Source: a phage
Length of the DNA: 44,682 nucleotides
Reading direction: 5' to 3' (one strand)
Sequence record: PX123008.1
In this document: one piece after another, positions 27,182 through 36,102 of the stretch
How the letters are laid out: every line of letters begins with the position of its first letter
How positions within the stretch are numbered: position 1 is the stretch's first letter
Notes under the pieces: model-generated
What the model was told of the DNA's origin: nothing
Databases searched by the model: none
The model's input: the letters and a program-made list of their open reading frames with translations, nothing else
Made by a program: the position numbers and the translations under genes

Positions 27182-27873
27182 TTTAAATTTTCCTCGTTAA
27201 CCGCTATCGCGAAGCCGCGCGGGGTGAGCGACCTGATTAATTTGGTGCGGGCGGATTTGCCTCCGAGGCGACTATACTGCTTCGAGTACCCTTTTTCAAC
27301 GAAAACAGGTTTCTTCTCTGGCATACGGAAGCCGTTGCCGGTCCATAAGCAGGTCAGCTTCGGATATGAATCGCGGGCGTTGATGTATTCTGGGAAGAGC
27401 GGGTGTACGTCATCCTCCGGCAGATATCCGCCATACTCCCACGGGTCAAACGAGTGGTCCGGCTTACGCCATTGATTTGATAGCACGCTGCGCGGATTCT
27501 CAATCATATACGGCACTTCAAAGAAATCACCCAGGTAAGCGGCGATCTTCGCGGTGCGCACCGCCTTAAGCTGGAAGGCTGGGTCGCGGGCGCGTTTGCG
27601 CGGGAAAGCTGGCGCACCGCTAACCGCCAGATCCGTGCACGGCGGGAATGCGTATATGATATCCGGCGTACCGAAATCACCATTCATCGCACGGTCTACA
27701 AAGTCCAGATCGATAAACTCATTGCGATACCGGATTCCGCGACCATAAATCCGGTAGTCAAGGTACGACCCGTGATCGGCTTCGGAGTAGTTAAAACAGT
27801 AGCACTTATGCCCCATCTCGGCAGCACGCTCAATCATCAAGCCGCTGCCGTCAAACAATGACCAGATTATCAT
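27178..27873 (-). CDS. DNA cytosine-5 methyltransferase-like protein (short)
   Basis: 231 aa; motif I-like LFDGSG, motif IV-like FPPCTDLAVSG and motif VI-like MIENP in the canonical order; no obvious target-recognition domain. Confidence 0.5.
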   Translation of the reverse strand: MIIWSLFDGSGLMIERAAEMGHKCYCFNYSEADHGSYLDYRIYGRGIRYRNEFIDLDFVDRAMNGDFGTPDIIYAFPPCTDLAVSGAPAFPRKRARDPAFQLKAVRTAKIAAYLGDFFEVPYMIENPRSVLSNQWRKPDHSFDPWEYGGYLPEDDVHPLFPEYINARDSYPKLTCLWTGNGFRMPEKKPVFVEKGYSKQYSRLGGKSARTKLIRSLTPRGFAIAVNEENLK

Positions 27874-29294
27874 TTGCGCGCCTTTTTAGCTTTCATGTAT
27901 TCCATCAAGTCGTCCTGGATATCTCGCTTACTGTCGCGACGCTCGGCGACCAATTCATCCAGTGTCCCACGCGCCTGGATAATGTAGACGAATACCGGAC
28001 GGGGGTGTCCTGCTTGCATCTGGCGAACCGGCCCGATACGTTCAACGATCTGCGAAAAGTGCTCAAAGTTCCAGGTATCGGAGAAGATTGCCAGGTGATG
28101 ACCGCCGTCCTGCAAGTTAAGGCCGTGGCCCGCCGATGCCGGGTGCGCAAACATGATGGGGATCTCGCCTCTGTTCCACGCTTCCATATCCTTATTGCCC
28201 TGCTTACCTTTACCCAGCGCAACGCCGTGCGGAAATTTCTTCTTGAGACGTGCCAGGTCATGTTTGTATTGGTACGCAACGAGCAACGGCGCTCCGTTCA
28301 ACTCCTCCACGATACTTTCCAGCGCGTCCAGCTTCGCGTCGTGAATCTTCACCCACTCGTCGGTCCGTTCGCCGTCTTCGTCCACCTTATACACCGCGCC
28401 GGAAGCAAGCTGAAGGCACTTAATTGTCTTCGCCGCGGCGTTCGCCGCTTCCACTGTTCCGCTTTCCAGTTCGGCAAATAGCTCGCTTTCAAACTGGTCG
28501 TAAATCTTGCGGGCTTTCTTCGGCAGGTCCACAACAACCGGCGTATAGATTGGCTTGTCGCATCCGAAGTATTCAGCCGCGTCAACGGTTAGTGATACGT
28601 CAGACAGGCGTTGTTGTATTTCTTTCTCGGAGTTCTTTAGCGGGGCGTGCTGCATCGTGAAGCTGCCAGGCTTAACAGGCTTGCTAATGAACCAGCGATC
28701 GGTGAATGCCTTATAACTACTGCCGAGTCGTTCACCACCGTCGACAAACCACGTCTGCCCCCACAGGTCTTTCAAGCCGTTTGGCGCTGGTGTGCCGGTC
28801 AGGTTAATCCAGCGCTTGACGTGTTTATGCGCAATCGCTGCCAGTGCGCGTGCGCGCTTACTGCCTTGCTTGCTTCGGTAGCCTTTCAGCTTAGTGGATT
28901 CATCGGCAACAACGACCGTAAATGGCCACGCATCGCCGTAATAGTCAACCAGCCACTCAACCACATCATAGTTAACACAAACCACGTTAGCGTCGCTCTC
29001 AAGCGCGGCTATGCGGTCTTTTTCGGATCCTGTGCCGTCTACCACCAGCAAGGCGGGGAATCGCCATTTTTCTTGCTCCGGGGGCCACGTACCGGACGCA
29101 ACGCGCAGCGGGGCCAGCACCAGTACGCGGTCCTCCAGGCTGGACAGGATACCAGTCTGGAACATTTTATTCAGCGCCCACATTGTCGCGCCGGTTTTCC
29201 CTGATCCCATTGTCGCCCAGATATTACATCGCTTATGCTTGAGGATGAACGCGGTTATCAACTTCTGATATTCGCGGCGTCGGAATCGTGCCAT
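27870..29294 (-). CDS. SNF2-family ATP-dependent helicase
   Basis: 475 aa from ATG 29294; Walker A ATMGSGKTG, motif II VVADEST, motif III LTGTPAPNGLKDLW. Confidence 0.75.
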   Translation of the reverse strand: MARFRRREYQKLITAFILKHKRCNIWATMGSGKTGATMWALNKMFQTGILSSLEDRVLVLAPLRVASGTWPPEQEKWRFPALLVVDGTGSEKDRIAALESDANVVCVNYDVVEWLVDYYGDAWPFTVVVADESTKLKGYRSKQGSKRARALAAIAHKHVKRWINLTGTPAPNGLKDLWGQTWFVDGGERLGSSYKAFTDRWFISKPVKPGSFTMQHAPLKNSEKEIQQRLSDVSLTVDAAEYFGCDKPIYTPVVVDLPKKARKIYDQFESELFAELESGTVEAANAAAKTIKCLQLASGAVYKVDEDGERTDEWVKIHDAKLDALESIVEELNGAPLLVAYQYKHDLARLKKKFPHGVALGKGKQGNKDMEAWNRGEIPIMFAHPASAGHGLNLQDGGHHLAIFSDTWNFEHFSQIVERIGPVRQMQAGHPRPVFVYIIQARGTLDELVAERRDSKRDIQDDLMEYMKAKKARK

Positions 29295-29298
29295 CTCT

Positions 29299-29517
29299 TT
29301 ATTCCGCCTTTTTCCAGACTTCGGTTTCACTGTTCCAGTTCCTTTTTGTAGCGTCGTAGTTGGTGGCGTGTCCGATGTGCACACCGGTAGCCCGGAAGCT
29401 CTTAAATTTTTGCCAGCACACCGTCAACGGCAGCGGATCATTCATGCCCGCGATAAACCATACGCGATCGCCCGGTTTACATTCGCCCAGCTTGGTGAGT
29501 CGGTAATGTTCTTTCAT
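29299..29517 (-). CDS. hypothetical protein
   Basis: 72 aa from ATG with GGGAG RBS. Confidence 0.4.
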   Translation of the reverse strand: MKEHYRLTKLGECKPGDRVWFIAGMNDPLPLTVCWQKFKSFRATGVHIGHATNYDATKRNWNSETEVWKKAE

Positions 29518-29532
29518 CGTCATGTCTCCCAA

Positions 29533-29557
29533 AAATGGCGGGACAAGCCCGCCGTAT
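29533..29557 (-). terminator. hairpin plus U-tract
   Basis: minus-strand GGCGGGC-ttgt-CCCGCC followed by ATTTTT; contains a GGGACA unit. Confidence 0.4.
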
Positions 29558-29560
29558 TAA

Positions 29561-29734
29561 TTATTTTTGTTCTGCACGGTAGCGGCGCTGCCGTTCGCGC
29601 TCTTTCTTATTGCGGCACGATTTGCACTCTGCCCGATACCCGTCTGGACTGCGCGCAGTCTTACCGGTGTATTTGTGGAACTGGGATAGCGGCTTTACAC
29701 AGCCGCAATTACTACAACGTTTTTCTTCAATCAT
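29561..29734 (-). CDS. small zinc-ribbon protein
   Basis: 57 aa from ATG with GAGGA RBS; CxxC...C...CxxC (CSNCGC...ECKSC); promoter-like TTGCTG-N17-TATAGT with motif copies upstream. Confidence 0.4.
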   Translation of the reverse strand: MIEEKRCSNCGCVKPLSQFHKYTGKTARSPDGYRAECKSCRNKKERERQRRYRAEQK

Positions 29735-29774
29735 CTCTAAAATCCTCGATATGGCTAACCGGCACACTATACCG

Positions 29775-30053
29775 CTATGCGACCAATTCAGCAACCAATA
29801 AATCGCAGTCGGCTATGTTGTCGATAACGCGAACGTCAGCACCGCGGCGGGCCATTCGCTCATGTTCACGTACCTGGTGCGGCTTCGGTTTTCCGCCTGG
29901 GCGCTTCACTTCGACGAACACTATTATGCCGTTGATGATAATAATCAGGTCGGGCGCACCTGCGCGCCCCTCCCATGCCAGTTTTCGGCAGAATCCGCCA
30001 ACCTCTTTAACCCGTTTCATAAGGTGACGCTGCACCTTGCCTTCTGGTGTCAT
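29775..30053 (-). CDS. VRR-NUC domain nuclease
   Basis: 92 aa, start overlaps the polymerase stop; PDLIII...VEVKRPGGK PD-(D/E)xK-like core. Confidence 0.6.
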   Translation of the reverse strand: MTPEGKVQRHLMKRVKEVGGFCRKLAWEGRAGAPDLIIIINGIIVFVEVKRPGGKPKPHQVREHERMARRGADVRVIDNIADCDLLVAELVA

Positions 30054-32344
30054 TATTTTCTGTACCTGTACATAATGTCGCCTTCGGCGGCAAGTGGGAA
30101 GCCTTTCGCCCAAATAGGCAGGTCGCACATCAGCGCGCAAAGCTCCTCTGTCGTGTAGTCGTCGGTGTCCGGCACTTCTGTGACCAATTCATCATGCACC
30201 GATAGAACGATTTCATAGCCCGCGGCTTCAACGCCAGGCATTGACCAGGCGAGAATATCACGGCATAACGCCTGTACGATGTTCTCCGTCAGTTTGCCGC
30301 CGTAGGTATACTGGAATCCCCACTGGCGCGTCGTCTGATTCTCGCCCTGGTATTTGATGCGGGTGCTGGTGCGCTTCTTGCCGGTGTCTTCGTCGATCTC
30401 TGTAGTGACAGACAGCGCGATGCCGGGGTAGCTCATGATGCGCCCCGACGGCAACTCAATTTTCAACCACCACCCCGCGGCGTTCGGGTCGTCGCGCTCC
30501 TCGTCAAAGGTTGGGTCGTGCTTCGCCTTCGTACGGACAATCTTGAGCGCTTTTCTGCCGTCCGGGCGAACGGTAGCGCCAGCCCAGTATGCTTTGCCCG
30601 GATTGCGTATTGCACACAACACCGCGTCCTCAAGCTCGGCCCAAAAGGCTACAGTCTTCGGGTGAGCCTCACGCCACATACGTTTGATCGCGTCACAGGT
30701 TAGCCACACGTTTTTAGGCAGTATGTATGTTGGGCGCTCGTCCTTCTTGCCTGGCTTCGGCGGGCGTTTCGCTTCGTTAATGCGGGCGTACTCATAGCCG
30801 CGTTTCGCCGCCGCCCAAATGTGATCCGGGAACGTGCCTTTCATCACGTCAGCCATAGTGTAAAGGTCGAGGCCCAGGTTTTTAGCGAACTGCAAGAACG
30901 CCGCGACGCCGCCACCATAGCCCAGTCCCAATTCGCACGCCTTACCGATCTGGCGTAAGTCCTTGCGGTTGGCTTTAATGTAGTCTGGGTCTAAGCCGAA
31001 CATCTTACCGGCAGTCTCGCAATAGATATCGCGCCCGGCCTTAAACACCATTAGCGCGGTTTTCTCGCCTGCTATCCAGGCAAGGCCGCGCCCCTCCACG
31101 TTGGAGTAGTCAGCTACAACAAACTTCTTACCCTTAGCCGGGATAATGCAGCTGCGTACGGTAGATGCTGTCAGCTTCGATATGTCGTACGCCCAGTGTG
31201 CGGTCCCGCGTAATAGGGAATTGATGCCGTTGGTGAGCATGTGCGACCGGACCCAAAACGACACGTCGCTTTCACCATCACGGCGCTTGATCTTGCCTTC
31301 GTGGTCGTCGCTGTACTCGCCACGCGCCAGGTTTTGAGGCTGAAAACCTTTACCGGCCCAACGCAGTGTACGCTTTGCCCCACCATACTGAATGCAACCA
31401 CGGCGGCGTCCATCGGCAGACAGGCCGTTGACGAGCGGATTGTACTTAGTCGATGCCGTTGATGACGCACCGAGACGCATCTCAATCAGCGCTTTGCCCT
31501 CGTCGGGGAAGTCCGGATCTTCCAGTAGGTCGTTTAGCGTGGATTTCTGCGCGTTGTGGATCGTGAACGCCGGGGCGATATCACGCAGGATTGGCAGGAA
31601 GTCATTGCCTGTCAGTTTACCGCCAAATCGCTCCCAGGCTTCCTCCTTCAATTCTTCCTTATGCGCCTGCACCGCTTTGATCGCGGCGTTCGCCAGGTCA
31701 ACGTCCACATAGAAGCCGCGGTCGTTGATCAACTGGTCGATAAGCAGGATTTCATCTTCCTTCGGAGTATTACCCCAGTCCGGTATGCGCCAGTAGACCT
31801 CACGCATCGCGATAATATCCAGCGCGGCATATCGCAGAAATTTGGCCCATTCTTCAGGGTGAGTCTCGCGCGTGTAGCGGCGTATTTTGTAGGTCTTAGG
31901 GGTAGGCTTACAGAATCGTTTGATCAGCGCCTTGCCTGCCTTATCCTTCGCGTGCTCTGCGTCAACGCCCAGCACCTGACACTGCATATCGAGGCTACCC
32001 GGCAGCGCGTGCCGAAAGGCCATAATCATGGTATCTTCGATCTGGCTTACCGGCAGGTCGATTCCCCACTTCTCACGGATAACCAGGCGGTCAAACAGGA
32101 GGCCGTTAGCCATCACGATTTTTGCTTTCTTGCGGGATACCTGACGGAGCGCCTTGCGCAGTTCACGCGGCATTGTTGGGGGTTCAGTGGCATCCCATGT
32201 CTGCACGCGGCCTTCGTCGATGGCGTAGGTGCAAATCATAATCTCGGTGGTTGGGTGCTCTGCGTAGGCGTACGCCCCTACTTTCTTCAGGTCCACCCCG
32301 CTAAATGTCTCGGTGTCGAGAAACAGACGTTCGAAGTCTTTCAT
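30053..32344 (-). CDS. DNA polymerase, family A, with 3'-5' exonuclease domain
   Basis: 763 aa, GAGGA RBS; exo motif FLDTETFSG; polymerase motif A ADYSNVEGRGLAWIAGE and motif C LSVHDELVTEV. Confidence 0.85.
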   Translation of the reverse strand: MKDFERLFLDTETFSGVDLKKVGAYAYAEHPTTEIMICTYAIDEGRVQTWDATEPPTMPRELRKALRQVSRKKAKIVMANGLLFDRLVIREKWGIDLPVSQIEDTMIMAFRHALPGSLDMQCQVLGVDAEHAKDKAGKALIKRFCKPTPKTYKIRRYTRETHPEEWAKFLRYAALDIIAMREVYWRIPDWGNTPKEDEILLIDQLINDRGFYVDVDLANAAIKAVQAHKEELKEEAWERFGGKLTGNDFLPILRDIAPAFTIHNAQKSTLNDLLEDPDFPDEGKALIEMRLGASSTASTKYNPLVNGLSADGRRRGCIQYGGAKRTLRWAGKGFQPQNLARGEYSDDHEGKIKRRDGESDVSFWVRSHMLTNGINSLLRGTAHWAYDISKLTASTVRSCIIPAKGKKFVVADYSNVEGRGLAWIAGEKTALMVFKAGRDIYCETAGKMFGLDPDYIKANRKDLRQIGKACELGLGYGGGVAAFLQFAKNLGLDLYTMADVMKGTFPDHIWAAAKRGYEYARINEAKRPPKPGKKDERPTYILPKNVWLTCDAIKRMWREAHPKTVAFWAELEDAVLCAIRNPGKAYWAGATVRPDGRKALKIVRTKAKHDPTFDEERDDPNAAGWWLKIELPSGRIMSYPGIALSVTTEIDEDTGKKRTSTRIKYQGENQTTRQWGFQYTYGGKLTENIVQALCRDILAWSMPGVEAAGYEIVLSVHDELVTEVPDTDDYTTEELCALMCDLPIWAKGFPLAAEGDIMYRYRK

Positions 32345-32511
32345 TGCTTTATCCTCACTACGGCGTCAGCGCTGCCGATCATGGAGAAGATGCCGTCTGA
32401 CAGGGCGATCTCTTCGCCGTTGTTGCGAATCTCGGCAACTGTGAAATATTCCCCCAGTAGCTTGGACCATACTTGCATTCCGACTTTTACTTCGCTGGCT
32501 TTAATACGCAT
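32341..32511 (-). CDS. small ORF (56 aa), doubtful
   Basis: ATG with AGGA upstream; stop overlaps the polymerase start codon; not in the supplied track. Confidence 0.3.
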   Translation of the reverse strand: MRIKASEVKVGMQVWSKLLGEYFTVAEIRNNGEEIALSDGIFSMIGSADAVVRIKQ

Positions 32512-32526
32512 TTTTCATTGTCCTAT

Positions 32527-32552
32527 TAAAAAGCCCGCATTAAGCGGGCTTG
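32527..32552 (-). terminator. rho-independent terminator after the SSB gene
   Basis: minus-strand AGCCCGC-ttaat-GCGGGCT followed by TTTTT. Confidence 0.55.
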
Positions 32553-32569
32553 AATAGTGGGCTTTGCCC

Positions 32570-33355
32570 TTAACGGCGGCGACGTTTACGTGGTGCTTCG
32601 TCTTCGTCGTCTTCGTCCTCATCTTCGTCATCGCGGGACTTGCGGCGTTTGCGAGGTTTTTCATCTTCCTCATCGTCGTCGTCATCGCGGCGCTTTGACT
32701 TTTTGGACTTACGCGGCTTGTCGTCTTCGTCATCGTCATCACGACGTTTTGACTTTTTGGACTTGCGCGGGCTTTCGTCTTCGTCATCGTTGTCCAGGTC
32801 TTCGTCGGAACATGAAGACCCGCCACCTCCGAAGGCTTCGCCGTCTTCACGGAAGCGTAAACCCAGCAAGCCAGCACCGAGTCCCTTGCCGTTGGTGTTG
32901 TTCCACGCCCAAATATCAAGGGACACGTTGCAATAACAACCGGAGTAGATCTCCTGGCCTTCAATCTCGTCGCCGTCGATGGTCAGACCTTGTTCAGTCT
33001 GCTTCTCGCCGAGTGACGTTTGAATGATAGGCTGTTTGAACGATTTGGCGTTGATATACAACATGCCTTCGAATTCTTCGGTCACTTCGTCGCGCTCGTC
33101 ACCGTCGCGGACTGCGCATTCCTTCGAATCCTGGGCGTAGTGGCGGTCCATCCACTTATCGGCATTCTTCTCGGATTTCAGCTTGTCGGTGAGCACTGCG
33201 CGTGCTGCCGCTTCCACTTTGTCCACCTGCGGATCTTCTTTATCCAGAAGAATCACGGCACGGTATGCCGGTTTTTGTCCATCCTGTTTAGGGGTGTCAC
33301 GTTCCCAGATTTTCAGGAAGCATACGCGCACATTTTTCAGGTTGACTTTAGCCAT
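32570..33355 (-). CDS. single-stranded DNA-binding protein (T7 gp2.5-like), with a repetitive charged C-terminal tail
   Basis: 261 aa from ATG 33355; N-terminal MAKVNLKNVRVCFLK recalls gp2.5-type SSBs; sits between the Cas4-like nuclease and the polymerase; tail of three ~20-aa K/R-D/E repeats ending APRKRRRR. Confidence 0.5.
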   Translation of the reverse strand: MAKVNLKNVRVCFLKIWERDTPKQDGQKPAYRAVILLDKEDPQVDKVEAAARAVLTDKLKSEKNADKWMDRHYAQDSKECAVRDGDERDEVTEEFEGMLYINAKSFKQPIIQTSLGEKQTEQGLTIDGDEIEGQEIYSGCYCNVSLDIWAWNNTNGKGLGAGLLGLRFREDGEAFGGGGSSCSDEDLDNDDEDESPRKSKKSKRRDDDDEDDKPRKSKKSKRRDDDDDEEDEKPRKRRKSRDDEDEDEDDEDEAPRKRRRR

Positions 33356-33420
33356 TTTCCAATTCCTCATTTTCACATGTATCGGGGTTATTGGAAGCCA
33401 CCCCGTTCGGCTTGGTTGCC

Positions 33421-33449
33421 AATTTACTTGGTTGCGCCTGAGCGGTCAA
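33421..33449 (-). promoter_or_regulatory. sigma70-like promoter (TTGACC-N17-TAAATT) for the SSB gene, flanked by GCAACCAAG copies
   Basis: hexamers read directly; motif copies at 33412..33420 and 33428..33436. Confidence 0.45.
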
Positions 33450-33688
33450 GCATTTTCATTAAAAAGATTTCTGGTCACGTAGTTGGTAGCGTTCTCGATC
33501 CAGCTTAATGGCGGGCGGTCGCCATGTCTCGCGATCCACGCCACGGCAATGGTGCTGTAACCATCGTCCAGCCATTGGGTTGGATGGCGAATCATCCAGG
33601 CCACCATTAACACGCCTTGCACACAATGCAGGATAAAGCCCAGCGCGCCGAGCAAAAACATCAATAAGATCGCAAATACTTTATTCAT
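33446..33688 (-). CDS. small membrane protein
   Basis: 80 aa, GAGGA RBS; two hydrophobic segments. Confidence 0.45.
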   Translation of the reverse strand: MNKVFAILLMFLLGALGFILHCVQGVLMVAWMIRHPTQWLDDGYSTIAVAWIARHGDRPPLSWIENATNYVTRNLFNENA

Positions 33689-35111
33689 TGCTTAAGTCCT
33701 CGTCAGTAGCTACAGACCACGCAGGGCGCGGGTCGTCGATGGGTGCTAATACCGGTTTAGCGGGTGCGCGCGTGATTTTATCACATAGCTTCGCCCATAC
33801 TTTCGGTTTCTCGTCCTTCAGTACCTTCTCGGCATCCGTAGGACTGAGTAATGTTTCTTTGTACATCACATCACGCTTGATCCGGGCCTTCGTGAAGATT
33901 TCAATCACTTCGCTCTCGTCCGCCCACTTACGGATTCCTTCCTTACCGGCAACCATCTTGAGGCCCAGCGATTCGCCATCGCCCGCCATTACGGCCTTGA
34001 ATACTGCGGACTCGATAGCCTTGATGTGCTGGCGCATTGCGTCTAGACCTTCATATGCCTTGCGCAGTTCCGCGGCGGTCATAGCGCCGGGGGCCGCTTC
34101 TTTCTTACCACGCTTCTCACGTCGTGCCGCTTTGCGGGCTTCGCGGGCCATATTGCGGTCGTGATTGGCGCATTCTTCCTCTGTCGCAATACTCACGTCG
34201 TCGCCCAGGTCTTCGTCTGTTGCCGTTGGTTGGGTCATCGTGTCGATTGCAGCCTTAGCGCGGGCGCTACACTGATCCGCAAATCGGCACCACTGACACG
34301 CATCAACGCTCGGACGGAAGTCGGCGCGGGTGAGTCCCTTTTTGCCTCGGGCGTACGCTTCCAGGGCGGCGATAGCACGCTTGGACGCAAACTTAGCGAA
34401 TATCTCCAGGGCTTCTACCGAAATATCCCACTCCGACGCCCCGCCGCAATACGGCTGGAAGATAACCAGGCGCACGGTAGTAATGTCGTACATAGTTTTC
34501 AGCTTGCGCAGCAGGCCGAGCGCGTACAACATAAGCTGTTTGTTTTCTTTCGCCTCGACCTTATGCCGTCCCGTCTTCAGGTCGCCAACAATCAGCATGT
34601 ACGTGCCGTCGGTCTTCTTCATGACCATGACCATATCGGCAGTGCCGAACGTCTTAACCCTGTTGCCGTCGATCTCGAAGCCAGAGTGTAGGACACGGGT
34701 TAGATCGGCGCGCATCTCAAGCTGGACAAACTCCGCAACTTCGAGGAGCGGTCGCCAGTGGTCGATGTACGCGTCGCACTGTTTCACCATATCGTCGTTG
34801 ACCAGTATGCCGCCTTTCGGTGCTTTCGGGTGCGACTTTACCGGCCCCTTACCTTCGTTCTCGACGTAGCACCCTTTGTAAGTCTTCGCGGTTATCAGCT
34901 TCCCCCCGGCGATAATGCGGTTGAGCACGACTTCCGATACGGTGTGCATACTCGTACCGTTAATTGCCGCTTGCCCGGATTCGTTCGGGATCCCTTGTTC
35001 TACCACCAGGGCGGCGGGGCAACCCATCCATTTTTTAGCACCGGATGGGCCGAGTAATGAGTGTTCCGTGTTGCTACCGGATTGCGTTTTACGTTTTGGT
35101 TTAATCGCCAT
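33681..35111 (-). CDS. Cas4-like PD-(D/E)xK exonuclease with C-terminal Cys cluster
   Basis: 476 aa; cysteine cluster YCGG...CQWCRFADQC; charged lysine-rich C-terminal region; commonly next to gp2.5-like SSB and PolA in phage replication modules (memory). Confidence 0.6.
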   Translation of the reverse strand: MAIKPKRKTQSGSNTEHSLLGPSGAKKWMGCPAALVVEQGIPNESGQAAINGTSMHTVSEVVLNRIIAGGKLITAKTYKGCYVENEGKGPVKSHPKAPKGGILVNDDMVKQCDAYIDHWRPLLEVAEFVQLEMRADLTRVLHSGFEIDGNRVKTFGTADMVMVMKKTDGTYMLIVGDLKTGRHKVEAKENKQLMLYALGLLRKLKTMYDITTVRLVIFQPYCGGASEWDISVEALEIFAKFASKRAIAALEAYARGKKGLTRADFRPSVDACQWCRFADQCSARAKAAIDTMTQPTATDEDLGDDVSIATEEECANHDRNMAREARKAARREKRGKKEAAPGAMTAAELRKAYEGLDAMRQHIKAIESAVFKAVMAGDGESLGLKMVAGKEGIRKWADESEVIEIFTKARIKRDVMYKETLLSPTDAEKVLKDEKPKVWAKLCDKITRAPAKPVLAPIDDPRPAWSVATDEDLSNE

Positions 35112-35290
35112 TATTCCACCCGTGTAAACTGGACAATTACATATTTCACATTAGCCATGCCCGCTTTTTCGACGCGGCGCTTAACTTCATTTTGTGCGTC
35201 CACAAAGCAATTGCTTGCGTTGGTGTTTTCAACAATAAAAGAGCAATGGTCGTCTAATTCGTGGCATGTTGCCAGGACGAAGAATTTCAT
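35111..35290 (-). CDS. hypothetical small protein
   Basis: 59 aa from ATG with GGGAG RBS; cysteine-containing (CHELDDHC). Confidence 0.35.
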   Translation of the reverse strand: MKFFVLATCHELDDHCSFIVENTNASNCFVDAQNEVKRRVEKAGMANVKYVIVQFTRVE

Positions 35291-35541
35291 TATTGTGTCT
35301 CCCAGCGGTCGATTGTTTTTGCTTCGGATGCAACAGCGAAGCGAACAAATTCCAGATTGGAATCCGCCCAAATATAAAAGTCGGGATTAATAAAGGTGGT
35401 GCGCTTAATTTGCGCGGGGGTGTTGCGGCGTTTGTCTATTACGGCAACGCGTGACTGAAAATTGCCGATGCGTTCGAATAGCCAATAATATGGGCGTTGG
35501 TCGCGGGAGTCCACCGCCTCGATTAGCGTGAAGCGTGCCAT
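35290..35541 (-). CDS. hypothetical protein
   Basis: 83 aa, ATG preceded by a terminator and a weak RBS. Confidence 0.4.
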   Translation of the reverse strand: MARFTLIEAVDSRDQRPYYWLFERIGNFQSRVAVIDKRRNTPAQIKRTTFINPDFYIWADSNLEFVRFAVASEAKTIDRWETQ

Positions 35542-35556
35542 TGTCTCGTCCTCTAA

Positions 35557-35583
35557 AAAGAGGCCCGCTAATCTGCGGGCCGG
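35557..35583 (-). terminator. rho-independent terminator
   Basis: minus-strand GGCCCGC-agattag-CGGGCC followed by TCTTTTT. Confidence 0.5.
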
Positions 35584-35589
35584 AATATA

Positions 35590-36102
35590 TTAATCTTCCA
35601 GTTCGAAATAGGTTTCGACGATTTCTTTTAACTCGGTGTGGAAGTCTTCGACGTCGTCATCTTCCAGCTTGGCGATTGATTTGATCTCGAACGATTCCAG
35701 CAGGTCGTCGAATTCGTCGTTCGCGTCGTCGTCATCACCACCGGCAATAATCGCGGCATACTGTTTGATTTCGTCGCGCATCTCCGCCAGCGGATCGGCA
35801 TCTTTCTTACCTTTGCCTTTCGCCGGTGCTTTCTTAGCCTTAGCCGGTTTTTCGTCTTCGGCGTCTTCGTCGTCGTCATCTTCTACGACTTCTTTTTTGG
35901 ACTTACCTTTCGCCGGTGCTTTTTTAGTTTTCGCAGGTGCTTCGTCTTCAGCGTCGTCATCTTCGACAACTTCCTTTTTGGCCTTAGACGGCTTCTTGTC
36001 TTCCTGCTTACCAACTGCAGCGCCAACGGTTTCATAATGCTTTGCAATGGTTTCCAGTGCTACGACGCCGCGAGTGATCAGGTTTACGATTTGTTCGAAC
36101 AT
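35590..36102 (-). CDS. acidic tandem-repeat protein, first gene of the leftward early operon
   Basis: 170 aa from ATG 36102 with GGAGATATACC RBS; two ~30-aa repeats (KKEVVEDDDAEDE...APAKGK) and a strongly acidic C-terminus; an in-frame ATG at 36282 has a weak RBS. Confidence 0.5.
   Translation of the reverse strand: MFEQIVNLITRGVVALETIAKHYETVGAAVGKQEDKKPSKAKKEVVEDDDAEDEAPAKTKKAPAKGKSKKEVVEDDDDEDAEDEKPAKAKKAPAKGKGKKDADPLAEMRDEIKQYAAIIAGGDDDDANDEFDDLLESFEIKSIAKLEDDDVEDFHTELKEIVETYFELED

Noticed and set aside
32640-32936. Serine-rich plus-strand ORF (MRRLRGFSSSSSSSSS...)
   Set aside because: It is the antisense translation of the DNA tandem repeats encoding the charged tail of the SSB-like protein.
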